64,000 nucleotides of DNA, taken from IMG/VR virus record IMGVR_UViG_3300027085_000001; one strand, 5' to 3'. Below are positions 55,072 to 63,282 of this stretch, one piece after another. Source of the stretch: a virus. Position numbers and translations under genes: made by a program. The notes beneath the pieces are model-generated. The model was not told the origin of the DNA. It was given only the letters and a program-made list of their open reading frames with translations, and did not search any database. Position 1 is the first letter of the stretch; each line of letters begins with the position of its first letter.

Positions 55072-55482
55072 ATGCCACGCATTAGCAGAGACGAATACTT
55101 CATGCGCATAGCAGAAGCTACGGCCCTTCGGGGTTCGTGTGATAGAGCACAAGTCGGTTGCATCTTGGTGAAGGACAAAGTCATCGTCAGCACTGGCTAC
55201 AACGGCAGTCTTCCTGGTGCTGAGCACTGTGATGATGTCGGACACTTGATGAGTGAAGGACATTGCATTCGTACTCTGCATGCTGAGATGAACGCGGTTG
55301 TACGATGCTGGCATAACGGCCATAGTCCAAGTGGAACTATTGCCTATTGCACACACGCTCCGTGCAGCTACTGCTACAAGCTCTTGAAAGCAGCTGGCAT
55401 CATTCGCATTGTTGTGCGCAATGATTATGGCTCAATCAAGTTCGATGATGTTGAGGTGCTCAATGAAGCGAGTAAAGACTGA
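55072..55482 (+). CDS. dCMP deaminase
   Basis: HAEMNAV and PCSYCYKLL zinc-binding motifs, N-terminal DEYFMRIAEATALRGSC and TGYNG typical of deoxycytidylate deaminase. Confidence 0.8.
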   Translation: MPRISRDEYFMRIAEATALRGSCDRAQVGCILVKDKVIVSTGYNGSLPGAEHCDDVGHLMSEGHCIRTLHAEMNAVVRCWHNGHSPSGTIAYCTHAPCSYCYKLLKAAGIIRIVVRNDYGSIKFDDVEVLNEASKD

Positions 55483-55693
55483 GTTCATCTGCGATTCATG
55501 TGGCAAAGAGAAGAGTGAAGCTCCGGGCTTACCTGTCTATCCATATGTTGATGGCTGGAACTATCTTTACAGCGTCAACCTCCAGCTCGGCAATCCTCAG
55601 AACTTGAAGCGCATTGATGAGAAAGACAAACACTTCTGTAGTGCAGGTTGCTTACTTGCATTCATTGCAAAGAAAATTCAGGAGAGTGGGTGA
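55463..55693 (+). CDS. zinc-ribbon protein
   Basis: MKRVKTEFICDSCGK...; overlaps the 3' end of the deaminase gene in another frame. Confidence 0.25.
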   Translation: MKRVKTEFICDSCGKEKSEAPGLPVYPYVDGWNYLYSVNLQLGNPQNLKRIDEKDKHFCSAGCLLAFIAKKIQESG

Positions 55694-55696
55694 AGA

Positions 55697-56992
55697 ATGG
55701 ACTTATGGAATATGCTTGAAGAGCTTGAATCATGTAGCGGTAGTCTGTTGAAGAAAGAAGCATTGCGACGCATACTCAAGACTCAAGAAGGAGAAGACTT
55801 CATGCGATACGCCTTCAATGACGAGGTCTACAACCTCAGTGACAAGAGCTTGGCCAAAGCATTCAAAGTCGAGAAGGGCAAGGACGTCACGCTCTCAATC
55901 ATGGAGAAGTGTGATGGCACAGGCATTGACTTCATTCCCTTCTCACTCAAGGACTATAGCGGAGATGTCAAACTTGCAATGGTATATCGCATGCTCAGTG
56001 AGATGCATCCAACCGTAGCCAAGTGGCAAGCACGAGCACTGCTTCATGACTTACGATGTGGTGTTCAATTAAAGCTTGTCAACACAATTCTCGAAGAAAT
56101 AGGCAAGCAAAAAATCTTCGTGTTCGAGGTTGAACTCTGTGAGAAGTTAGAGCATGAAGCTCTGGAGCAACAACTCAAATTCCCACTCATCATAGAAACA
56201 AAATATGATGGGATAAGAGCGATGACGTCTTTGAAGGCAGGCACCGTCACAATCATGTCTCGACATGGTAACGACGTCACGCACTTATTTCCTGAGCTTG
56301 TCAAAGAGCTAAGCATTCTCAAAGGCGACTTCGTCTTTGATGGTGAGATAACTAGCGTTGACTTTCAGACTTTAGCCAAGAGGGTACAGAGAAATGAACC
56401 ATCGAATGACTTGCCTCTCACATACAATGTCTTCGACATCTTGATGTATGAGGGACAAGACTTAACAGCAAGACCGCTCGGCGAGAGAAAACATTTCTTG
56501 AAGCCTGCACTTGCAGATATGACAAACATCATTCCTGCTGCATCATACATGGTCACTACGCTCAAAGAGGTCCTTGACTTCTACAAAGAGATAGTCGGCA
56601 ATGGTGGTGAAGGTATCATCATCAAACCAATTCACGTTCCGTATGATGCCGGTGGCCGTAAGCAATGGTTCAAGCTCAAGCCAGTTCACTCAGCAGAGAT
56701 GAAAGTGATTGGTGCAACATACGGCAACGGCCGAAAGTTTGAAGTCATCTCATCACTTGACTTGATTGATACAAGCGAGACAGTTCGCTGCAGCGTCGGT
56801 TCAGGCATCGATGACGAGTGGGGGCGCGATTTAACCGCGCTCTTCAAGGCAAACAAACTACTCGGCAAGATAGCAGAGATTCAATACTCAGAGCTTACTC
56901 CCACGAAGAGCATTCGCTTCCCCAGATTCATTGCTCTTCGAACAGACAAGACAGAAGCAGATGACCTGAGTGATGGCCATGTCGACGAATGA
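55697..56992 (+). CDS. ATP-dependent DNA ligase
   Basis: motif I KYDGIRA, motif III FDGEI, motif IV EGIIIK, motif V WFKLK. Confidence 0.8.
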   Translation: MDLWNMLEELESCSGSLLKKEALRRILKTQEGEDFMRYAFNDEVYNLSDKSLAKAFKVEKGKDVTLSIMEKCDGTGIDFIPFSLKDYSGDVKLAMVYRMLSEMHPTVAKWQARALLHDLRCGVQLKLVNTILEEIGKQKIFVFEVELCEKLEHEALEQQLKFPLIIETKYDGIRAMTSLKAGTVTIMSRHGNDVTHLFPELVKELSILKGDFVFDGEITSVDFQTLAKRVQRNEPSNDLPLTYNVFDILMYEGQDLTARPLGERKHFLKPALADMTNIIPAASYMVTTLKEVLDFYKEIVGNGGEGIIIKPIHVPYDAGGRKQWFKLKPVHSAEMKVIGATYGNGRKFEVISSLDLIDTSETVRCSVGSGIDDEWGRDLTALFKANKLLGKIAEIQYSELTPTKSIRFPRFIALRTDKTEADDLSDGHVDE

Positions 56993-57167
56993 TGAACCCA
57001 TTCTTTGCAAGAACTGCAAGGTCCCTCTCGTCCGTGTTCAGTGGAGATTGCACGGCGTGATGCATAGTGAATGGAAGCATGAAGGATATGAACGCCGACT
57101 CCACTTCTGTGGCAACCCACAATCACCAGTTCGATTCAATGCAAAGATACACCAAGTGAAAACATGA
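56970..57167 (+). CDS. zinc-ribbon protein
   Basis: CKNCK...HFCGN. Confidence 0.25.
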   Translation: MMAMSTNDEPILCKNCKVPLVRVQWRLHGVMHSEWKHEGYERRLHFCGNPQSPVRFNAKIHQVKT

Positions 57168-57754
57168 TGCTCTCAGACTTTGTGAAGATAAGCGTGCATC
57201 AACTCGTGAAAGGAAAAGAGCTGAAGACATTCATTGCTCCAATTGAGATTGATGTACTTCGAAGTAGAGCACTCCTTAAAGACTTCGGCATCAATGAAGA
57301 GAACGTGATGCGGTATCTTCGAACGAAGTATGTACCAAAGAAAGAAGTGAACACTATCTACTTCCCAACATCGAAGTGCATTCAGTTCGCTTCATGTGAG
57401 AGAGACCTACATCTTGAGATGGAAGTGAAGAATAGTGAACCACACAAGCTCATCACAGACATCTTCTACTGCAAACAACTCTTACCAAAAACAAACAACA
57501 GAGTCATCCTCACTGTTGAGCATCTCAAGTTCTCTCCAATCGATGTTCTCATCTACTCAGCTTGCTTAGAGAAGTGGAACTTTGATATACCACCAGAAGC
57601 ATTGCAAGAGGTTGAGAAGTTACTCAAGAAATATCCTACTCCCGAAGCAGCCCGTGCAATCAAGAAGAGAAGTATCAGACGCAAGTACTTGCGGTACTTC
57701 ATGGTGAAGGGACAACTGACAGAGACAAAATTCAAAGAGTTCGTCAAAGAATGA
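57164..57754 (+). CDS. hypothetical protein
   Basis: 196 aa ORF; its TGA stop is followed by a GC-rich island. Confidence 0.3.
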   Translation: MMLSDFVKISVHQLVKGKELKTFIAPIEIDVLRSRALLKDFGINEENVMRYLRTKYVPKKEVNTIYFPTSKCIQFASCERDLHLEMEVKNSEPHKLITDIFYCKQLLPKTNNRVILTVEHLKFSPIDVLIYSACLEKWNFDIPPEALQEVEKLLKKYPTPEAARAIKKRSIRRKYLRYFMVKGQLTETKFKEFVKE

Positions 57755-57774
57755 ATCATACTCAACGGCCAAGA

Positions 57775-57900
57775 GCGTAAGGTGACACGAGAAGCAGCCC
57801 CTCAAGAGGACGTGCAGCCGAGCTCGGCGCGCATGGTGCGAGGCCAGCGACACCTGCTGAAGTACAAGTGGTGCGACACCGAGGAGAGTACTCGGACCCA
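57775..57900 (+). other. GC-rich island of about 64% GC (against about 47% for the rest of the window) of unknown function
   Basis: contains 12-nt palindrome GCCGAGCTCGGC; in frame with the preceding TGA stop. Confidence 0.4.
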
Positions 57901-57908
57901 ATCATAAG

Positions 57909-58166
57909 GTGAAAGAAATGGAAGAACCAAAGATGATTCGAGCAGGACGCATTAAAGTGACAGCTGAGATGTGGAGTGACTTCTGGAAGAACTTTGGTCA
58001 GTACTGCATTCCTTACCATATTGCATATGACCCGCTGATGCATGTCTATACACTGACGTGCACATGTGAACTTTTCGGTGAAGTGATTGAAGGCGGAGAG
58101 ATGCCGTACTATACACCGAGCTTCAAGCGTCTGTCAGAACATATCACGGTCTTAAGTGGGGTGTAA
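57909..58166 (+). CDS. hypothetical protein
   Basis: 85 aa ORF. Confidence 0.25.
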   Translation: MKEMEEPKMIRAGRIKVTAEMWSDFWKNFGQYCIPYHIAYDPLMHVYTLTCTCELFGEVIEGGEMPYYTPSFKRLSEHITVLSGV

Positions 58167-58169
58167 AAC

Positions 58170-58334
58170 ATGGCTCATCCATTAGATAAGCACTACCGAT
58201 TGCAATGCAAGAGCTGTGAGCGTGGAGCGAAGATGACTGTCTTCGGCGTGAAGCGAGTGAATGGAGTGACAGTGAGTTGGGTCTGTACTCAATGCAACTT
58301 CAATAACGAAGTGTCCTTCGGAATGAGTGGCTGA
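58170..58334 (+). CDS. zinc-ribbon protein (54 aa)
   Basis: manually translated MAHPLDKHYRLQCKSCERGAKMTVFGVKRVNGVTVSWVCTQCNFNNEVSFGMSG. Confidence 0.3.
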   Translation: MAHPLDKHYRLQCKSCERGAKMTVFGVKRVNGVTVSWVCTQCNFNNEVSFGMSG

Positions 58335-58340
58335 TATACT

Positions 58341-58823
58341 ATGGGGAAACAACGAACAGAGAAGCGATTTCGCGAGAGTCTTCAGCATGCAGCTGAGGTT
58401 CACGGAACATCTCTCTGGTACATCAAGCTCCAGGTGAATCAGCTTGCTCACAACTCAAACCCAGGAGACTTCTTAGTCTTTCTCGACAGAGAGCTTCACT
58501 GCATTGAAGCAAAGCAAGTGACAGGAAAGAATCGATTCTCATTCAAGCGATTGAGCCAGAAGAGTAAGTTGACTGAGTTCGATTTGAAGCCGAACCAACA
58601 CGGATGGGTGCTCATCTCATTCTGGTTCGGCAGTGCGAAGAAGAGTGACACCTTCTTGTTGACTGTTGCAGAATATGAACAGTTGATTTCGTCCACCACT
58701 AAGGTGAGTATTAGAATTGATGAAATTGTCGCACTCTTTCCCAACAGCAGAGTGCAGCTGTGTTGCCGTTCTACTTGGGCAATTGTGAGTAGGCTTCAGA
58801 GTTGTGCCACGCCTCACGAGTAG
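58341..58823 (+). CDS. PD-(D/E)xK nuclease, possibly Hjc-like Holliday junction resolvase
   Basis: GDFLVFLDRELHCIEAKQ gives a D...ExK catalytic arrangement; size 160 aa. Confidence 0.35.
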   Translation: MGKQRTEKRFRESLQHAAEVHGTSLWYIKLQVNQLAHNSNPGDFLVFLDRELHCIEAKQVTGKNRFSFKRLSQKSKLTEFDLKPNQHGWVLISFWFGSAKKSDTFLLTVAEYEQLISSTTKVSIRIDEIVALFPNSRVQLCCRSTWAIVSRLQSCATPHE

Positions 58824-59265
58824 AAACGACTGCCGCAACCTTCTCTTGAACTTTCTTGAGCATCCTCTTGCCGCGTCTGAGCAACCTGTTGGCTTTCTTC
58901 TTGTCAGCCTTCTCAGTTGCAAGTGGTAGAAGCTTTTCTCCTTCAGCAACCATCGTCTCATACTTTGCAATGCGAACGTTGAGAGCATCGATTTCTTCGG
59001 TGTACTCTTGCTCGATTTCTGAAATCTTTGTGTCGTGCTGCTCCTTCAATCTGGCTGCTCGTTCTGCCTCAAGCTTTGCGAGTTCAGCAATGCGTCCAGG
59101 CGTTGAGTGTCCGTGTTCGATGTCGAACTTCAAACCAAGATACCTGCTCTCATCCGATTGGACGCCAACTGAAGCGCCTCGCTTCGAGCCACCACCAGCT
59201 CGCATTTTCTTCATGTGCTTTTGGGCCTTCTCCCGACTTGTCATGTGTGCCATTTTTCGAACCAC
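58771..59265 (-). CDS. hypothetical coiled-coil protein with basic Gly-rich N-terminus (antisense-oriented gene in the plus-strand module)
   Basis: 164 aa ORF (GTG start, or ATG at 59253) with early-type promoter motif about 35 nt upstream; 3' end overlaps the nuclease gene's 3' end by about 50 nt. Confidence 0.35.
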   Translation of the reverse strand: MVRKMAHMTSREKAQKHMKKMRAGGGSKRGASVGVQSDESRYLGLKFDIEHGHSTPGRIAELAKLEAERAARLKEQHDTKISEIEQEYTEEIDALNVRIAKYETMVAEGEKLLPLATEKADKKKANRLLRRGKRMLKKVQEKVAAVVSTREAWHNSEAYSQLPK

Positions 59266-59295
59266 CTCCAGGTGTATTGATATAGATATTCAGCT

Positions 59296-59316
59296 CCTTC
59301 TTTTTAAATATTCTTC
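59296..59316 (-). promoter_or_regulatory. early-type TATA promoter of antisense gene 58771..59265
   Basis: transcribed strand GAAGAATATTTAAAAAGAAGG. Confidence 0.35.
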
Positions 59317-59360
59317 AGAGCATGCCAGTATACGAGTTGTTACTAATTGGTTACAAAACA

Positions 59361-59417
59361 ACTAGGGTCTTACGATAGACAAGTCTTTATAAAGACTAGG
59401 GTATCGTACTAGACAAG
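59361..59417. repeat. two 23-nt direct repeats (ACTAGGGT-N7-TAGACAAG) flanking a perfect 14-nt palindrome GTCTTTATAAAGAC
   Basis: read directly: 59361-59383 and 59395-59417; palindrome 59383-59396. Confidence 0.6.
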
Positions 59418-59497
59418 CTAAGCCGGTGCCAACGGGAGTGCCAGGAAGGGCTGTCCTTTATAAAGAAAAGGGCTCCAAATTGGTCACCCAATGTATA

Positions 59498-59517
59498 ACG
59501 TGGGTAGAGACCCACGT
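59498..59517. other. perfect 8-bp stem/4-nt loop hairpin ACGTGGGT-agag-ACCCACGT
   Basis: read directly from sequence. Confidence 0.6.
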
Positions 59518-59593
59518 CCCTTAAAACGGCTCTAAACGGCCTCCAAATCAAGGCGAAAATCCTTTATAAAGGCCCCCTCATGACTCACGATTT

Positions 59594-59610
59594 GAGAATA
59601 TTTATAAAGA
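59594..59610 (+). promoter_or_regulatory. early-type TATA promoter (GAGAATATTTATAAAGA) of the SprT-like gene
   Basis: 47 nt before ATG 59657; GAGGAGG RBS. Confidence 0.4.
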
Positions 59611-59656
59611 CATAGATATGACTCTATAGTAATTAGACAAGAGGAGGAATCAGACA

Positions 59657-60298
59657 ATGGACATCAACGAATTTCAACCCGATAGGATGAGACGTTATCT
59701 CAGACGCAAAGCCAGACGCGAAGCTCGAAAGATGCGAGGAGAAACACCTCAGCTAGAAAGCTATCGCAAATTCTTCAACGACAAATGTCTTGAGCTCGGC
59801 ATCACCGGCTGGACATTCAAGTTCGACACAGCAGCCACACGCAGGCTCGGTGTCTGCAAGCAACATCGCAAGGTGGTTGGCATCACTCGAGCTTGGGCAG
59901 AGAAGGGAACTGAGCAACAAGTTCACAACACAATTCTTCACGAGCTCGCACACGTTCTGACTCCTGGCCACAAGCACGACCACGTCTGGCGAGCAAAGGC
60001 AGTTGAGCTTGGTTGCGATGGAAGAACCAAATGCACTCACGACGTTCAACTCGTTGACAACCCGAAGTTCATCATCACCTGTCCGAACAACTGCTTCAAA
60101 CCAATTGCTCGAACTCGCTTCACACCACGCATCCTCAATTCTACTTGCAGGAAATGCAAGAGCAAGGTGCTTGTCTCAGGCGAGAAGCGGGTTGCATTCC
60201 ACCGAGGCTACATGTTCACCATTCCCACTCACAACGAAGTGGCTGCTCAGAAGACTGAGAACCCACTTACAGAATCAGACAAGGAGGTAAGAAAATGA
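59657..60298 (+). CDS. SprT-like zinc metalloprotease domain protein
   Basis: HExxH (ILHELAHVL) plus downstream zinc-ribbon CPNNC...CRKCKSK; strong GAGGAGG RBS. Confidence 0.5.
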   Translation: MDINEFQPDRMRRYLRRKARREARKMRGETPQLESYRKFFNDKCLELGITGWTFKFDTAATRRLGVCKQHRKVVGITRAWAEKGTEQQVHNTILHELAHVLTPGHKHDHVWRAKAVELGCDGRTKCTHDVQLVDNPKFIITCPNNCFKPIARTRFTPRILNSTCRKCKSKVLVSGEKRVAFHRGYMFTIPTHNEVAAQKTENPLTESDKEVRK

Positions 60299-60714
60299 CA
60301 AGAGACCAAACGCAGTTGCTCGAGTTCGAGCACGACTTCGACGTCAATGTCGGAAGAGCCGATGACGTCAACCCACGTTACGGGAGCAAGAGATGGACGG
60401 CAGTCGTCGTCTACGTCGATACATCGAGACCTCTCGACAAGGGAGATATACTCGGTGACTTCGCTTGGAGACGAACACACAGCTCGCCTCTACCGAATGA
60501 AGTGGTGAAGAGAATCATCACTCCGACATTGCAACGACTCGGCTTTGACTTGACTAGCATCGAAGTCAAGTATGACCGATACGCAGGATGCAGCATGTGT
60601 CCTTGCTCACCTGGCTACACAGTCAAATTGATTCGAGAGAAGAACAACTCGACATTGAAATACCAGAAGCAACACATCTGGCTCAAGCCGAAGAACACAG
60701 AGGTGCAAGCATGA
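60295..60714 (+). CDS. hypothetical protein
   Basis: 139 aa ORF. Confidence 0.3.
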   Translation: MTRDQTQLLEFEHDFDVNVGRADDVNPRYGSKRWTAVVVYVDTSRPLDKGDILGDFAWRRTHSSPLPNEVVKRIITPTLQRLGFDLTSIEVKYDRYAGCSMCPCSPGYTVKLIREKNNSTLKYQKQHIWLKPKNTEVQA

Positions 60715-60974
60715 GCATGGATTGCGACTTCGAGATTGGTCAACGTGTTTGGTATTGGCCAGCAAATGACCCGAAGGAACGCAAGCACGGAGTCGTGACG
60801 GATATCACGATGGGAGAAAGTCTCTGCACCTATGAAGAGGACACCGGCCTTGACTACGACGAAGATGATGATGCCTGCGGTTGGGAACACGACAACTGGT
60901 ACATCAAGGTCAAGCTCGATGATGGCGAAGAGACCGATTGGAACGACGAATACTACTGGAGGTTAGAAGAATGA
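60711..60974 (+). CDS. acidic hypothetical protein
   Basis: start at ATG 60711 (ATGA overlap). Confidence 0.3.
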   Translation: MSMDCDFEIGQRVWYWPANDPKERKHGVVTDITMGESLCTYEEDTGLDYDEDDDACGWEHDNWYIKVKLDDGEETDWNDEYYWRLEE

Positions 60975-61168
60975 GCTTTAGAGATGGAGAAGAGTCTGGC
61001 AGGGAATGCCCAAAGTGCGAGACCATCATGGTCTACGAGATGAGCTTCACTGACCAGTTCAGTCACACCACAGGACACTACACAACGGACTTCCCGTTGC
61101 TTGTCTGCCCAAAGTGTGACCACAGCGAAGAATACACTGGAGAGGAGGATGAAGACAATGAGCTTTGA
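60971..61168 (+). CDS. zinc-ribbon protein
   Basis: CPKCE...CPKCD. Confidence 0.3.
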   Translation: MSFRDGEESGRECPKCETIMVYEMSFTDQFSHTTGHYTTDFPLLVCPKCDHSEEYTGEEDEDNEL

Positions 61169-61418
61169 ATCAGACGGAGCAGGCAACGAGATATGGACAT
61201 GCGACACATGCGGCTACTCACTCTTCCTTGCGGGAGAGGGCGGAGACGTTGCAGAATGTCCTGAATGCTTGCGGAGAGAGTACGCCGAAGAAGCAGCACG
61301 AGAGAACGATATGTTCTGTTGCATCTGCGGACAACCAATCACAAGCACAGCGATAGAAGACGCCGAGAAAGATGACAACGGCACATGGGTACACCAGAAG
61401 TGTGCTCAGGACCAGTGA
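61158..61418 (+). CDS. zinc-ribbon protein
   Basis: CDTCGY...CPEC...CCICG. Confidence 0.3.
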   Translation: MSFESDGAGNEIWTCDTCGYSLFLAGEGGDVAECPECLRREYAEEAARENDMFCCICGQPITSTAIEDAEKDDNGTWVHQKCAQDQ

Positions 61419-61532
61419 CCACATGAACACCGTAACATATCCTTGTGGCTGCGTTCTTGAAGGGGACCATCCTGTTGTGACAGTCGCTGTTCTCTGTGAC
61501 GAGCATGAGCAAGAACTCTTTGGTGATGCCAA

Positions 61533-61778
61533 ATGAAGATTCCTGTACTCACCCCAGAACTGAAGCAACTCTTCTGTCCTCTACTCATGAAGCAAGCTCA
61601 TGGCATGATTGGTGTACTCGTTCATGTTCCTCATGACAATTCAGCAGGCGTTGGCCCTTGCACATACTGTGGAGCACGCATCAACTGGAATGACTATGTT
61701 GGAAGACTTGCCAAGCACCAAGAAGAACTGCGAGAGATTCATGAGTTCATTCAGATAGTGAGGGATGCAGGATGGTAA
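61533..61778 (+). CDS. hypothetical protein
   Basis: 81 aa ORF with CTYCG. Confidence 0.25.
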   Translation: MKIPVLTPELKQLFCPLLMKQAHGMIGVLVHVPHDNSAGVGPCTYCGARINWNDYVGRLAKHQEELREIHEFIQIVRDAGW

Positions 61779-62275
61779 AGATACTCTTCGGCTCCGAGAT
61801 AGAAGGCACGTTCACCCATTGGGTCGATGCGAAGGACGTCGACGCTGTCATCAACCACACACTCAAGACTCCTGAGCATCGCAACTCATTCAAACCACAC
61901 GGCGTCTGGCTCAGCTGGAACGGCGACTGGGAACGTTGGTTTGAATCTGAATGGAAATCCTGGGCAGAAGGAAAGGTCTGCCTACGAGCTCGTATTCACC
62001 CCAGAGCAACCATCGTAGTCATTGACACTGTGGAAGACTTGAAGGAGCTGATGGTACAGGCAGGCATCCCACTCACCGAAGAGAACATCAGGTTCTATCG
62101 CAACTGTGAAGAGTTCTGGGAAGCACTCCGAGGCCAGTTCGATGGCATCGCTCTCACTGAGGCGGGGCAATGGAGAACACGCATGACGACGTTCCTCTAC
62201 GGCTGGGACTGCGCAAGCATCTGCATTCACAATCCTGCTCACGTCACATTCACACGAGATGAGAACCATGAATGA
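61772..62275 (+). CDS. hypothetical protein
   Basis: 167 aa Trp-rich ORF. Confidence 0.3.
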   Translation: MVKILFGSEIEGTFTHWVDAKDVDAVINHTLKTPEHRNSFKPHGVWLSWNGDWERWFESEWKSWAEGKVCLRARIHPRATIVVIDTVEDLKELMVQAGIPLTEENIRFYRNCEEFWEALRGQFDGIALTEAGQWRTRMTTFLYGWDCASICIHNPAHVTFTRDENHE

Positions 62276-62993
62276 ACGCATCCTCGAGAAAGTCAAGCTG
62301 CTCTGTCGAGCGTATCCCTATAAGATAGTCGGCTTCGGTATCGTGCAGCATCCGCTCATCTCAAGCTTGCACACACTCGAAGATGGCAAGCTCACACTCA
62401 TCACTCCTGAGACATTCGACGAGCACGTCAACAAGCGGCTGGCTCTCTTGGAGAAGTCAAAGGATGTTTCATACATGCTTAACGTGTTCATCAACAAGCC
62501 GTACCGTATCACAGTCCTTGAGTTCATTCAAGATGAGTTGTCAGTTGAGGAGTTCGGTGAACTTCTTGCTGACTGCTGGACGATGATAGAGTGGCCGCAC
62601 CAGCACGGCATCAACAAGCTCATCAAGATGTTCACTCGAGCACAGGGACACCTCATGGACAACGACGACCAGGCGGAGTTCGATGCTCTGCCGGAAGAGC
62701 TGACCATCTATCGAGGAATCCAGGCAGGCAAGGCAACCATCCGAGGTCTCAGCTGGACGACACGCCTCTGGACTGCTCATTGGTTCGCAAAGAGGTTTGA
62801 GCAGCCTACACCTATAGTATACCGAGCAAACATAGCAAAGAAACACTGCTTTCTCTTCACAAACGGCCGCAAAGAGTACGAAGTGGTCGTCAATCCCAGA
62901 TATCTCAAGAACATCACGCTCATGAGCCAAGAGGAGCTCAGAGAAGAAATAGACAAGGAGGAACAACATGACAAAACATCGAATACAGATTGA
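62259..62993 (+). CDS. hypothetical protein
   Basis: 244 aa ORF. Confidence 0.3.
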   Translation: MRTMNERILEKVKLLCRAYPYKIVGFGIVQHPLISSLHTLEDGKLTLITPETFDEHVNKRLALLEKSKDVSYMLNVFINKPYRITVLEFIQDELSVEEFGELLADCWTMIEWPHQHGINKLIKMFTRAQGHLMDNDDQAEFDALPEELTIYRGIQAGKATIRGLSWTTRLWTAHWFAKRFEQPTPIVYRANIAKKHCFLFTNGRKEYEVVVNPRYLKNITLMSQEELREEIDKEEQHDKTSNTD

Positions 62994-63282
62994 CCGCAAC
63001 ATGACGGTCGAACTCGACATCCCGGCGGAGATGTCTGCGGGCGAGTTCAAAGGATTGACGTTGAAGGTCAACAAACTCTTCAACGTGAGTCAAGTGACAA
63101 CGACAAGTAAGAAGTTTGGCACACCAAGAGCTTGGGTCAAATGGACTGCCGAGATGATGGACATCTTGCAGAAGAATCCAAAGAAGACACCCAAGCAACT
63201 CGTTCAGATACTGAACGTGCCAGGCATCACTGAGAAGCATGTCAGCTACAAGCGAAACTACCTCAGAGGTCGAACTGCATGA
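62968..63282 (+). CDS. hypothetical protein
   Basis: 104 aa ORF. Confidence 0.25.
   Translation: MTKHRIQIDRNMTVELDIPAEMSAGEFKGLTLKVNKLFNVSQVTTTSKKFGTPRAWVKWTAEMMDILQKNPKKTPKQLVQILNVPGITEKHVSYKRNYLRGRTA

Noticed and set aside
58856-59365. Plus-strand ORF 58856..59365 (169 aa)
   Set aside because: Ser/Ala/Phe low-complexity translation antisense to a better coiled-coil ORF that has its own promoter.
59361-59417. CRISPR-like repeats
   Set aside because: Only two 23-nt direct repeats with a 12-nt spacer and no cas genes. More consistent with protein-binding iterons.
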